This document shows, piece by piece, positions 11,201 through 25,752 of a stretch of DNA of 64,000 bases (position 1 is its first letter; every line of letters starts with the position of its first letter). The notes beneath the pieces were generated by a model. The model made no database searches. It worked only from the letters and a program-made list of their open reading frames with translations, and was not told the origin of the DNA. The stretch comes from Squalus acanthias (taxonomy: Eukaryota). The DNA lies in NCBI GenBank assembly GCA_030390025.1, contig JASTWF010000357.1:124001-188000 (forward strand). The letters are read 5' to 3'. A program made the position numbers and the translations under genes.

Positions 11201-14200
11201 CTTACCCCGCTGGGGAAAAAGGCCACGTAGGTGAGTTTAATGACTCACCTCAGGCCTCTGCCGCTCCAACCAGGTCCGCCCCTCCTTCCCCGCTGCCGAC
11301 CGCTCTGTGCGAGAGAGAAAGAAAGAAAGAAAGAATGGCTCCTCCTCCCCCGCTGAAACAGGAGGAGACCATTCAGCCCCTAGAACAAGTTACATGGAAA
11401 CAGGAGAAGGAGACCATTCAGCCCCTCGAACAAGTTACATAGAAACAGGAGGAGACCATTCAGCCCCTCGAACAAGTTACATAGAAACAGGAGGAGACCA
11501 TTCAGCTCCTCGAACAAGTTACATAGAAACAGGAGGAGGAGACCATTCAGCCCCTCGAACAAGTTACACAGAAACAGGAGGAGACCATTCAGCCCCTCGA
11601 ACAAGTTGCATAGAAACAGGAGGAGGAGACCATTCAGCCCCTCGAACAAGTTACAAAGAAACAGGAGGAGGAGACCATTCAGCCCCTCGAACAAGTTACA
11701 TAGAAACAGGAGGAGGAGACCATTCAGCCCCTCGAACAAGTTACAAAGAAACAGGAGGAGGAGACCATTCAGCCCCTCGAACAAGTTACATAGAAACAGG
11801 AGGAGGAGACCATTCAGCCCCTCGAACAAGTTACAAAGAATCAGGAGGAGGAGACCATTCAGCCCCTCGAACAAGTTACATAGAAACAGGAGGAGGCCAT
11901 TCAGCCCCTCGAACAAGTTACATAGAAACAGGAGGAGGAGACCATTCAGCCCCTCGAACAAGTTACATAGAAACAGGAGGAGGAGACCATTCAGCCCCTC
12001 GAACAAGTTACACAGAACAGGAGGAGAACATTCAGCCCCTCGAACAAGTTACATAGAAACAGGAGGAGGAGATCATTCAGCCCCTCGAACAAGTTACATA
12101 GAAACAGGCGGAGACCATTCAGCCCCTCGAACAAGTTACACAGAAACAGGAGGAGAACATTCAGCCCCTCGAAGCTCTTACCCCGCTGGGGAATAAGGCC
12201 ACGTAGGTGAGTTTAATGACTCAGCTCAGGCCTCTGCCGCTCCAACCAGGTCCGCCCCTCCTTCCCCGCTGCCGACCGCTCTGTGGGAGAGAGAAAGAAA
12301 GAAAGGCTCCTCCTCCCCCGCTGAAACAGGAGGAGCCCATTCAGCCCCTCGAACAAGTTACATAGAAACAGGAGGAGGAGATCATTCAGCCCCTCGAACA
12401 AGTTACATAGAAACAGGAGGAGGAGATCATTCAGCCCCTCGAACAAGTTACATAGAAACAGGCGGAGACCATTCAGCCCCTCGAACAAGTTACATAGAAA
12501 CAGGAGGAGGAGACCATTCAGCCCCTCGAACAAGTTACATAGAAACAGGAGGAGGAGACCATTCAGCCCCTTGAACAAGTTACATAGAAACAGGAGGAGG
12601 AGACCATTCAGCCCCTCGAACAAGTTACACAGAAACAGGAGGAGGAGACAATTCAGCCCCTCGAACAAGTTACATGGAAACAGGAGAAGGAGACCATTCA
12701 GCCCCTCGAACAAGTTACATAGAAACAGGAGGAGACCATTCAGCCCCTCGAACAAGTTACATAGAAACAGGAGGAGGAGACCATTCAGCCCCTCGAACAA
12801 GTTACATAGAAACAGGAGGAGACCATTCAGCCCCTCGAACAAGTTACATAGAAACAGGAGGGGACCATTCAGCCCCTCGAACAAGTTACATAGAAACAGG
12901 AGGAGGAGACCATTCAGCCCCTCGAACAAGTTACATAGAAACAGGAGGAGGAGACCATTCAGCCCCTCAAACAAGTTACACAGAAACAGGAGGAGAAGAC
13001 CATTCAGCCCCTCGAACAAGTTACATAGAAACAGGAGGAGGAGACCATTCAGCCCCTCGAACAAGTTACACAGAACAGGAGGAGGAGACCATTCAGCACC
13101 TCGAACAAGTTACATAGAAACAGGAGGAGAACATTCAGCCCCTCGAAGCTCTTACCCCGCTGGGGAATAAGGCCACGTAGGTGAGTTTAATGACTCACCT
13201 CAGGCCTCTGCCGCTCCAACCAGGTCCGCCCCTCCTTCCCCGCTGCCGACCGCTCTGTGGGAGAGAGAAAGAAAGAAAGGCTCCTCCTCCCCCGCTGAAA
13301 CAGGAGGAGACCATTCAGCCCCTCGAACAAGTTACATGGAAACAGGAGGAGGAGACCATTCAGCCCCTCGAACAAGTTACATAGAAACAGGAGGAGGAGA
13401 ACATTCAGCCCCTCGAACAAGTTACATAGAAACAGGAGGAGACCATTCAGCCCCTCGAACAAGTTACATAGAAACAGGAGGAGGAGACCATTCAGCCCCT
13501 CGAACAAGTTACATAGAAACAGGAGGAGACCATTCAGCCCCTCGAACAAGTTACATAGAAACAGGAGGAGGAGACCATTCAGCCCCTCGAACAAGTTACA
13601 TCGAAACAGGAAACCACCATTCAGCCCCTCGAACAAGCGAAGCTCTTACCCATCTGGGGAAAAAGACCACGTAGGTGAGTTTAATGACTCACCTCAGGCC
13701 TCTGCCGCTCCAACCAGGTCCGCCCGTCCTTCCCCGCTGCCGACCGCTCTGTGGGAGAGAGAAAGAAAGAAAGGCTCCTCCTCCCCCGCTGAAACAGGAG
13801 GAGACCATTCAGCCCCTCGAACAAGTCACACAGAAACAGGAGGAGGAGACCATTCAGCCCCTCGAACAAGTTACATAGAAACAGGAGGAAGCCATTCAGC
13901 CCCTCGAACAAGTTACATAGAAACAGGAGGAGGAGACCATTCAGCCCCTCGAACAAGTTATAGAAACAGGAGGAGGAGACCATTCAGCCCCTCGAACAAG
14001 TTATATGGAAACAGGAGGAGGAGACCATTCAGCCACTCGAGCAAGTTACACAGAAACAGGAGACGACCATTCAGCCCCTCGAACAAGTTACATAGAAACA
14101 GGAGGAGACCATTCAGCCCCTCGAACAAGTTACATAGAAACAGGAGGAGGAGACCATTCAGCCCCTCGAACAAGTTGCATAGAAACAGGAGGAAGCCATT

Positions 14201-16115
14201 CAGCCCCTCGAACAAGTTACATAGAAACAGGAGGAGGCCATTCAGCCCCTCGAACAAGTTACAGAGAAACAGGAGGAGGAGACCATTCAGCCCCTCGAAC
14301 AAGTTACATAGAAACAGGAGGAGGAGACCATTCAGCCCCTCGAACAAGTTACACAGAAACAGGAGGAGACCATTCAGCCCCTCGAACAAGTTACATAGAA
14401 ACAGGAGGGGACCATTCAGCCCCTCGAATAAGTTACATAGAAACAGGAGGAGACCATTCAGCCCCTCGAACAAGTTACATAGAAACAGGAGGAGACCATT
14501 CAGCCCCTCGAACAAGTTACATAGAAACAGGCGGAGACCATTCAGCCCCTCGAACAAGTTACAAAGAAACAGGAGGAGACCATTCAGCCCCTCGAACAAG
14601 TTACAAAGAAACAGGAAGAGGCCATTCAGCCCCTCGAACAAGTTACAAAGAAACAGGAAGAGGCCATTCAGCCACTCGAACAAGTTACATAGAAACAGGA
14701 GGAGATCATTCAGCCCCTCGAACAAGTTACAAAGAATCAGGAAGAGGCCATTCAGCCCCTCGAACAAGTTACATAGAAACAGGAGGAGGAGGAGAGAATT
14801 CAGCCCCTCGAACAAGTTACATAGAAACAGGAGGAGGAGACCATTCAGCCCCTCGAACAAGTTACACCGAAACAGGAGGAGGAGACCATTCAGCCCCTCG
14901 AACAAGTTACATAGAAACAGGAGGAGGAGACCATTCAGCCCCTCGAACAAGTTACATAGAAACAGGAGGAGGAGACCATTCAGCCCCTCGAACAAGTTAC
15001 ATGGAAACAGGAGGAGGAGACCATTCAGCCCCTCGAACAAGTTACATAGAAACAGGAGGAGGAGACCATTCAGCCCCTCGGACAAGTTACATAGAAACAG
15101 GAGGAGGAGACCATTCAGCCCCTCGGACAAGTTACATAGAAACAGGAGGAGACCATTCAGCCCCTCGAACAAGTTACACAGAAACAGGAGGAGACCATTC
15201 AGCCCCTCGAACAAGTTACATAGAAACAGGAGGAGGAGACCATTCAGCCCCTCGAACAAGTTACATAGAAACAGGAGGAGGAGACCATTCAGCCCCTCGA
15301 ACAAGTTACATAGAAACAGGAGGAGGAGACCATTCAGCCCCTCGAACAAGTTATATGGAAACAGGAGGAGGAGACCATTCAGCCCCTCGAACAAGTTACA
15401 CAGAAACAGGAGACCACCATTCAGCCCCTCGAACAAGTTACATAGAAACAGGAGGAGGCCATTCAGCCCCTCGAACAAGTTACAGAGAAACAGGAGGAGG
15501 AGACCATTCAGCCCCTCGAACAAGTTACATAGAAACAGGAGGAGGAGACCATTCAGCCCCTCGAACAAGTTACATAGAAACAGGAGGGGACCATTCAGCC
15601 CCTCGAACAAGTTACATAGAAACAGGAGGAGGCCATTCAGCCCCTCGAATAAGTTACATAGAAACAGGAGGAGACCATTCAGCCCCTCGAACAAGTTACA
15701 TAGAAACAGGAGGAGGCCATTCAGCCCCTCGAACAAGTTACATAGAAACAGGAGGAGACCATTCAGCCCCTCGAACAAGTTACAAAGAAACAGGAGGAGA
15801 CCATTCAGCCCCTCGAACAAGTTACAAAGAAACAGGAAGAGGCCATTCAGCCCCTCGAACAAGTTACAAAGAAACAGGAAGAGGCCATTCAGCCCCTCGA
15901 ACAAGTTACATAGAAACAGGAGGAGATCATTCAGCCCCTCGAACAAGTTACAAAGAATCAGGAAGAGGCCATTCAGCCCCTCGAACAAGTTACATAGAAA
16001 CAGGAGGAGATCATTCAGCCCCTCGAACAAGTTACATAGAAACAGGAGGAGGAGGAGAGAATTCAGCCCCTCGAACAAGTTACATAGAAACAGGAGGAGG
16101 AGACCATTCAGCCCC
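5230..16115. repeat. Higher-order tandem duplication, period 5669 bp (boundaries approximate)
   Basis: Identical ORF-track peptides at 5638/11307, 6544/12213, 7512/13181 and 8336/14005. Shared rare monomer variants (GTAACATAG at 5271/10940). Confidence 0.9.
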
Positions 16116-17749
16116 TCGGACAAGTTACATAGAAACAGGAGGAGACCATTCAGCCCCTCGAACAAGTTACATAGAAACAGGAGGAGACCATTCAGCCCCT
16201 CGAACAAGTTACACAGAAACAGGAGGAGGAGGAGAGAATTCAGCCCCTCGAACAAGTTACATAGAAACAGGAGGAGGAGACCATTCAGCCCCTCGAACAA
16301 GTTACATAGAAACAGGAGGAGACCATTCAGCCCCTCGAACAAGTTACATAGAAACAGGAGGAGGAGACCATTCAGCCCCTCGAACAAGTTACATGGAAAC
16401 AGGAGGAGGAGACCATTCAGCCCCTCGAACAAGTTATATGGAAACAGGAGGAGATCATTCAGCCCCTCGAACAAGTTATATGGAAACAGGAGGAGATCAT
16501 TCAGCCCCTCGAACAAGTTACATAGAAACAGGAGGAGGAGACCATTCAGCCCCTCGAACAAGTTACATAGAAACAGGAGGAGGAGACCATTCAGCCCCTC
16601 GAACAAGTTACTTAGAAACAGGAGGAGGAGACCATTCAGCCCCTCGAACAAGTTACATAGAAACAGGAGGAGACCATTCAGCCCCTCGAACAAGTTACAC
16701 AGAAACAGGAGGAGACCATTCAGCCCCTCGAACAAGTTACATAGAAACAGGAGGAGACCATTCAGCCCCTCGAACAAGTTACATAGAAACAGGCGGAGAC
16801 CATTCAGCCCCTCGAACAAGTTACATAGAAACAGGAGGAGGAGACCATTCAGCCCCTCGAACAAGTTACACAGAAACAGGAGGAGACCATTCAGCCCCTC
16901 GAACAAGTTACATAGAAACAGGAGGAGGAGACCATTCAGTCCCTCGAACAAGCGAAGCTATTACCCCGCTGGGGAAAAAGACCATGTAGGTGAGTTTAAT
17001 GACTCACCTCAGGCCTCTGCCGCTCCAACCAGGTCCGCCCCTCCTTCCCCGCTGCCGACCGCTCTGTGGGAGAGAGAAAGAAAGAAAGGCTCCTCCTCCC
17101 CCGCTGAAACAGGAGGAGACCATTCAGCCCCTCGAACAAGTTACATAGAAACAGGAGAAGGAGACCATTCAGCCCCTCGAACAAGTTACACAGAAACAGG
17201 AGGAGGAGACCATTCAGCCCCTCGAACAAGTTACACAGAAACAGGAGGAGACCATTCAGCCCCTCGAACAAGTTACATAGAAACAGGAGGAGGAGACCAT
17301 TCAGCCCCTCGAACAAGTTACATAGAAACAGGAGGAGATGGTTCAGCCCCTCGAACAAGTTACATAGAGACAGGAGAAGGAGACCATTCAGCCCCTCGAA
17401 CAAGTTACACAGAAACAGGAGGAGAAGACCATTCAGCCCCTCGAACAAGTTACATAGAAACAGGAGAAGACCATTCAGCCCCTCGATCAAGTTACATAGA
17501 AACAGGAGGAGGAGACCATTCAGCCCCTCGAACAAGTTACATAGAAACTGGAGGAGGAGACCATTCAGCCCCTCGAACAAGTTACATAGAAACTGGAGGA
17601 GGAGACCATTCAGCCCCTCGAACAAGTTACATAGAAACTGGAGGAGGAGACCATTCAGCCCCTCGAACAAGTTACATAGAAACAGGAGACCAACCATTCA
17701 GCCCCTCGAACAAGTTACATCGAAACAGGAGGAACCCATTCAGCCCCTC

Positions 17750-18053
17750 GAAGCTCTTACCCCGCTGGGGAAAAAGGCCACGTAGGTGAGTTTAATGACT
17801 CACCTCAGGCCTCTGCCGCTCCAACCAGGTCCGCCCCTCCTTCCCCGCTGCCGACCGCTCTGTGCGAGAGAGAAAGAAAGAAAGGCTCCTCCTCCCACGC
17901 TGTCGACGCTGGTCTGAGGCCTACCTGAGCCTCGGGCCTCCCATTAATGACTCACCTCAGGCCTCTGCTGCTCCAACCAGGACCGCCCCTCCTTCCCCGC
18001 TGCCGACCGCTCTGTGGGAGAGAGAAAGAAAGAAAGGCTCCTCCTCCCCCGCT
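17750..18053 (-). repeat. Doubled 5'UTR module with extra linker (also ~43785-44086 and ~51349-51652)
   Basis: The module continues as TCGACGCTGGTCTGAGGCCTACCTGAGCCTCGGGCCTCCC and then restarts at AATGACTCACC. Confidence 0.9.
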
Positions 18054-21000
18054 GAAACAGGAGACCATTCAGCCCCTCGAACAAGTTACATAGAAACAGG
18101 AGGAGACCATTCAGCCTCTCGAACAAGTTACATAGAAACAGGAGGAGACCATTCAGCCCCTCGAACAAGTTACATAGAAACAGGAGGAGGAGACCATTCA
18201 GCCCCTCGAACAAGTTACACAGAAACAGGAGGAGGAGACCATTCAGCCCCTCGAACAAGTTACACAGAAACAGGAGGAGGAGACCATTCAGCCCCTCGAA
18301 CAAGTTTCATAGAAACAGGAGACCATTCAGCCCCTCGAACAAGTTACATAGAAACAGGAGGAGGAGACCATTCAGCCCCTCGAACAAGTTACATAGAAAC
18401 AGGAGGAGGAGACCATTCAGCCCCTCGAACAAGTAAAATAGAAACAGGAGGAGGAGACCATTCAGCCCCTCGAACAAGTTAGACAGCAACAGGAGGAGGA
18501 GACCATTCAGCCCCTCGAACAAGTTACATAGAAACAGGAGGAGGAGACCATTCAGCCCCTCGAACAAGCGAAGCTCTTACCCCGCTGGGGAAAAAGACCA
18601 CGTAGGTGAGTTTAATGACTCACCTCAGGCCTCTGCCGCTCCAACCAGGTCCGCCCCTCCTTCCCCGCTGCCGACCGCTCTGTGGGAGAGAGAAAGAAAG
18701 AAAGGCTCCTCCTCCCCCGCTGAAACAGGAGGAGACCATTCAGCCCCTCGAACAAGTTACACAGAAACAGGAGGAGGAGACCATTGAGCCCCTCGAACAA
18801 GTTACATAGGAACAGGAGGAGGAGACCATTCAGCCCCTCGAACAAGTTACATAGAAACAGGAGGAGACCATTCAGCCCCTCGAACAAGTTACATAGAAAC
18901 AGGCGGAGACCATTCAGCCCCTCGAAGCTCTTACCCCGCTGGGGAAAAAGGCCACGTAGGTGAGTTTAATGACTCACCTCAGGCCTCTGCCGCTCCAACC
19001 TAGTCCGCCCCTCCTTCCCCGCTGCCGACCGCTCTGTGCGAGAGAGAAAGAAAGGCTCCTCCTCCCCCGCTGAAACAGGAGGAGACCATTCAGCCCCTCG
19101 AACAAGTTACATGGAAACAGGAGAAGGAGATCATTCAGCCCCTCGAACAAGTTACATAGAAACAGGAGGAGACCATTCAGCCCCTCGAACAAGTTACACA
19201 GAAACAGGAGGAGGAGACCATTCAGCCCCTCGAACAAGTTACATAGAAACAGGAGAAGGAGACCATTCAGCCCCTCGAACAAGTTACATAGAAACAGGAG
19301 GAGGAGACCATTCAGCCCCTCGAACAAGTTACATAGAAACAGGAGAAGGAGACCATTCAGCCCCTCGAACAAGTTACATAGAAACAGGAGGAGACCATTC
19401 AGCCCCTCGAACAAGTTACACAGCAACAGGAGGAGGAGACCATTCAGCCCCTCGAACAAGTTACATAGAAACAGGAGGAGGAGACCATTCAGCCCCTCGA
19501 ACAAGTTACATCGAAACAGGAGGAGGAGACCATTCAGCCCCTCGAACAAGTAAAATAGAAACAGGAGGAGGAGACCATTCAGCCCCTCGAACAAGTTACA
19601 TCGAAACAGGAGGAGGAGACCATTCAGCCCCTCGAACAAGTTACATCGAAACAGGAGGAGGAGACCATTCAGCCCCTCGAACAAGTAAAATAGAAACAGG
19701 AGGAGGAGACCATTCAGCCCCTCGAACAAGTTACATAGAAACAGGAGGAGACCATTCAGCCCCTCGAACAAGTAAAATAGATACAGGAGGAGGAGACCAT
19801 TCAGCCCCTCGAACAAGTTACATAGAAACAGGAGGAGGAGACCATTCAGCCCCTCGAACAAGTTACATAGAAACAGGAGGAGGAGACCATTCAGCCCCTC
19901 GAACAAGTTACATAGAAACAGGAGGAGGAGACCATTCAGCCCCTCGAACAAGCGAAGCTCTTACCCCGCTGGGGAAAAAGACCACGTAGGTGAGTTTAAT
20001 GACTCACCTCAGGCCTCTGCCGCTCCAACCAGGTCCGCCACTCCTTCCCCGCTGCCGACCGCTCTGTGGGAGAGAGAAAGAAAGAAAGGCTCCTCCTCCC
20101 CCGCTGAAACAGGAGGAGACCATTCAGCCCCTCGAACAAGTTACATAGAAACAGGAGGAGGAGAGCATTCAGCCCCTCGAACAACTTACATAGAAACAGG
20201 AGGAGGAGACCATTCAGCCCCTCGAACAAGTTACACAGAAACAGGAGGAGGCCATTCAGCCCCTCGAAGCTCTTACCCCGCTGGGGAAAATGGCCACGTA
20301 GGTGAGTTTAATAACTGACCTCAGGCCTCTGCCGCTCCAACCAAGTCCGCCCCTCCTTCCCCGCTGCCGACCGCTCTGTGCGAGAGAGAAAGAAAGAAAG
20401 AAAGGCTCCTCCTCCCCCGCTGAAACAGGAGGAGACCATTCAGCCCCTCGAACAAGTTACATGGAAACAGGAGAAGGAGACCATTCAGCCCCTCGAACAA
20501 GTTACATAGAAACAGGAGGAGACCATTCAGCCCCTCGAACAAGTTACACAGAAACAGGAGGAGGAGACCATTCAGCCCCTCGAACAAGTTACACAGAAAC
20601 AGGAGGAGGAGACCATTCAGCCCCTCGAACAAGTTACATAGAAACAGGAGGAGACCATTCAGCCCCTCGAACAAGTTACATAGAATCAGGAGGAGGCCAT
20701 TCAGCCCCTCGAACAAGTTACATAGAATCAGGAGGAGACCATTCAGCCCCTCGAACAAGTTACATAGAATCAGGAGGAGGAGACCATTCAGCCCCTCGAA
20801 CAAGTTACATAGAATCAGGAGGAGGAGACCATTCAGCCCCTCGAACAAGTTACATAGAAACAGGAGGAGACCATTCAGCCCCTCGAACAAGTTACATAGA
20901 AACAGGAGGAGGAGACCATTCAGCCCCTCGAACAAGTTACATAGAAACAGGAGGAGACCATTCAGCCCCTCGAACAAGCGAAGCTCTTACCCCGCTGGGG

Positions 21001-24000
21001 AAAAAGACCACGTAGGTGAGTTTAATGACTCACCTCAGGCCTCTGCCGCTCCAACCAGGTCCGCCCCTCCTTCCCCACTGCCGACCGCTCTGTGGGAGAG
21101 AGAAAGAAAGAAAGGCTCCTCCTCCCCCGCTGAAACAGGAGGAGACCATTCAGCCCCTCGAACAAGTGACATAGAAACAGGAGGAGGAGACCATTCAGCC
21201 CCTCGAACAAGTTACATAGAAACAGGAGGAGACCATTCAGCCCCTCGAACAAGTTACATAGAATCAGGAGGAGGAGACCATTCAGCCCCTCGAACAAGTT
21301 ACATAGAATCAGGAGGAGGAGACCATTCAGCCCCTCGAACAAGTTACAGAGAAACAGGAGGAGACCATTCAGCCCCTCGAACAAGTTACATAGAATCAGG
21401 AGGAGGAGACCATTCAGCCCCTCGAACAAGTTACATAGAATCAGGAGGAGGAGACCATTCAGCCCCTCGAACAAGTTACAGAGAAACAGGAGGAGACCAT
21501 TCAGCCCCTCGAACAAGTTACATAGAAACAGGAGGAGGAGACCATTCAGCCCCTCGAACAAGTTACACAGAAACAGGAGGAGGAGACCATTCAGCCCCTC
21601 GAACAAGTTACATGGAAACAGGAGGAGGAGACCATTCAGCCCCTCGAACAAGTTACATAGAAACAGGAGGAGGAGAACATTCAGCCCCTCGAACAAGTTA
21701 CATAGAAACAGGAGGAGACCATTCAGCCCCTCGAACAAGTTACATAGAATCAGGAGGAGGCCATTCAGCCCCTCGAACAAGTTACATAGAATCAGGAGGA
21801 GACCATTCAGCCCCTCGAACAAGTTACATAGAATCAGGAGGAGGAGACCATTCAGCCCCTCGAACAAGTTACATAGAATCAGGAGGAGGAGACCATTCAG
21901 CCCCTCGAACAAGTTACATAGAAACAGGAGGAGACCATTCAGCCCCTCGAACAAGTTACATAGAAACAGGAGGAGGAGACCATTCAGCCCCTCGAACAAG
22001 TTACATAGAAACAGGAGGAGACCATTCAGCCCCTCGAACAAGCGAAGCTCTTACCCCGCTGGGGAAAAAGACCACGTAGGTGAGTTTAATGACTCACCTC
22101 AGGCCTCTGCCGCTCCAACCAGGTCCGCCCCTCCTTCCCCACTGCCGACCGCTCTGTGGGAGAGAGAAAGAAAGAAAGGCTCCTCCTCCCCCGCTGAAAC
22201 AGGAGGAGACCATTCAGCCCCTCGAACAAGTGACATAGAAACAGGAGGAGGAGACCATTCAGCCCCTCGAACAAGTTACATAGAAACAGGAGGAGACCAT
22301 TCAGCCCCTCGAACAAGTTACATAGAATCAGGAGGAGGAGACCATTCAGCCCCTCGAACAAGTTACATAGAATCAGGAGGAGGAGACCATTCAGCCCCTC
22401 GAACAAGTTACAGAGAAACAGGAGGAGACCATTCAGCCCCTCGAACAAGTTACATAGAATCAGGAGGAGGAGACCATTCAGCCCCTCGAACAAGTTACAT
22501 AGAATCAGGAGGAGGAGACCATTCAGCCCCTCGAACAAGTTACAGAGAAACAGGAGGAGACCATTCAGCCCCTCGAACAAGTTACATAGAAACAGGAGGA
22601 GGAGACCATTCAGCCCCTCGAACAAGTTACACAGAAACAGGAGGAGGAGACCATTCAGCCCCTCGAACAAGTTACAGAGAAACAGGAGGAGACCATTCAG
22701 CCCCTCGAACAAGTTACATAGAAACAGGAGGAGGAGACCATTCAGCCCCTCGAACAAGTTACACAGAAACAGGAGGAGGAGACCATTCAGCCCCTCGAAC
22801 AAGTTACATGGAAACAGGAGGAGGAGACCATTCAGCCCCTCGAACAAGTTACATAGAAACAGGAGGAGGAGAACATTCAGCCCCTCGAACAAGTTACATA
22901 GAAACAGGAGGAGACCATTCAGCCCCTCGAACAAGTTACATAGAATCAGGAGGAGGCCATTCAGCCCCTCGAACAAGTTACATAGAATCAGGAGGAGACC
23001 ATTCAGCCCCTCGAACAAGTTACATAGAATCAGGAGGAGGAGACCATTCAGCCCCTCGATCAAGTTACATAGAAACAGGAGGAGACCATTCAGCCCCTCG
23101 AACAAGTTACATAGAATCAGGAGGAGGAGACCATTCAGCCCCTCGAACAAGTTACACAGAAACAGGAGTAGGAGACCATTCAGCCCCTCGATCAAGTTAC
23201 ATAGAAACAGGAGGAGACCATTCAGCCCCTCGAACAAGTTACACAGAAACAGGAGGAGGAGACCATTCAGCCCCTCGAACAAGTTACACAGAAACAGGAG
23301 GAGGAGACCATTCAGCCCCTCGAACAAGTTACATAGAAACAGGAGGAGGAGACCATTCAGCCCCTCGAACAAGTTACATAGAAACAGGAGGAGACCATTC
23401 AGCCCCTCGAACAAGGTACATAGAATCAGGAGGAGGAGACCATTCAGCCCCTCGAACAAGTTACACAGAAACAGGAGGAGACCATTCAGCCCCTCGAACA
23501 AGTTACATAGAAACAGGAGGAGGAGACCATTCAGCCCCTCGAACAAGCGAAGCTCTTACCCCGCTGGGGAAAAAGACCACGTAGGTGAGTTTAATGACTC
23601 ACCTCAGGCCTCTGCCGCTCCAACCAGGTCCGCCCCTCCTTCCCCGCTGCCGACCGCTCTGTGGGAGAGAGAAAGAAAGAAAGGCTCCTCCTCCCCCGCT
23701 GAAACAGGAGGAGACCATTCAGCCCCTCGAACAAGTTACATAGAAACAGGAGGAGACCATTCAGCCCCTCGAACAAGTTACATAGAAACAGGAGGAGGAG
23801 ACCATTCAGCCCCTCGAACAAGTTACACAGAAACAGGAGGAGGAGACCATTCAGCCCCTCGAACAAGTTACACAGAAACAGGAGGAGGAGACCATTCAGC
23901 CCCTCGAACAAGTTACATAGAAACAGGCGGAGACCATTCAGCCCCTCGAAGCTCTTACCCCGCTGGGGAAAAAGGCCATGTAGGTGAGTTTAATGACTCA

Positions 24001-25752
24001 CCTCGGGCCTCTGCCGCTCCAACCTAGTCCGCCCCTCCTTCCCCGCTGCCGACCGCTCTGTGCGAGAGAGAAAGAAAGGCTCCTCCTCCCCCGCTGAAAC
24101 AGGAGGAGACCATTCAGCCCCTCGAACAAGTTACATAGAAACAGGAGGAGGAGACCATTCAGCCCCTCGAACAAGTTACACAGAAACAGGAGTAGGAGAC
24201 CATTCAGCCCCTCGATCAAGTTACATAGAAACAGGAGGAGACCATTCAGCCCCTCGAACAAGTTACATAGAAACAGGAGGAGGAGACCATTCAGCCCCTC
24301 GAACAAGTTACATAGAAACAGGAGGAGGAGACCATTCAGCCCCTCGAACAAGTTACACAGAAACAGGAGGAGGAGACCATTCAGCCCCTCGAACAAGTTA
24401 CACAGAAACAGGAGGAGGAGACCATTCAGCCCCTCGAACAAGTTACATAGAAACAGGAGGAGGAGACCATTCAGCCCCTCGAACAAGTTACATAGAAACA
24501 GGAGGAGACCATTCAGCCCCTCGAAAAAAGTTACATAGAAACAGGAGGAGGAGACCATTCAGCCCCTCGAACAAGTTACATAGAAACAGGAGGAGACCAT
24601 TCAGCCCCTCGAACAAGTTACATCGAAACAGGAGGAGACCATTCAGCCCCTCGAAGCTCTTACCCCGCTGGGGAAAAAGGCCACGTAGGTGAGTTTAATG
24701 ACTCACCTCAGGCCTCTGCCGCTCCAACCAGGTCCGCCCCTCCTTCCCCGCTGCCGACCGCTCTGTGCGAGAGAGAAAGAAAGAAAGGCTCCCCCTCCCC
24801 CGCTGAAACAGGAGGAGACCATTCAGCCCCTCGAACAAGTTACATGGAAACAGGAGAAGGAGACCATTCAGCCCCTCGAACAAGTTACATAGAAACAGGA
24901 GGAGACCATTCAGCCCCTCGAACAAGTTACACAGAAACAGGAGGAGACCATTCAGCCCCTCGAACAAGTTACATAGAAACAGGAGGAGACCATTCAGCCC
25001 CTCGAACAAGTTACATCGAAACAGACCATTCAGCCCCTCGAACAAGTTACACAGAAACAGGACACCATTCAGCCCCTCGAACAAGTTACACAGAAACAGG
25101 AGGAGGAGACCATTGAGCCCCTCGAACAAGTTACATAGGAACAGGCGGAGGCCATTCAGCCCCTCGAACAAGTTACACAGAAACAGGAGGAGGAGACCAT
25201 TCAGCCCCTCGAACAAGTTACACAGAAACAGGAGGAGACCATTCAGCCCCTCGAACAAGTTACATCGAAACAGGAGGAGACCATTCAGCCCCTCGAACAA
25301 GTTACACAGAAACAGGAGGAGACCATTCAGCCCCTCGAACAAGTTACATAGAAACAGGAGGAGGAGACCATTCAGCCCCTCGAACAAGTTACACAGAAAC
25401 AGGAGGAGACCATTCAGCCCCTCGAACAAGTTACATAGAAACAGGAGGAGGAGACCATTCAGCCCCTCGAACAAGTTACATAGAAACAGGAGGAGGAGAC
25501 CATTCAGCCCCTCGAACAAGTTACATAGAAACAGGAGGAGGAGACCATTCAGCCCCTCGAACAAGTTACATAGAAACAGGAGGAGGCCATTCAGCCCCTC
25601 GAACAAGTTGCATAGAAACCGGAGGAGGAGACCATTCAGCCCCTCGAACAAGTTACATCGAAATAGGAGGAGGCCATTTAGCCCCTCGAACAAGTTACAT
25701 AGAAACAGGAGGAGGCCATTCAGCCCCTCGAACAAGTTACATAGAAACAGGA

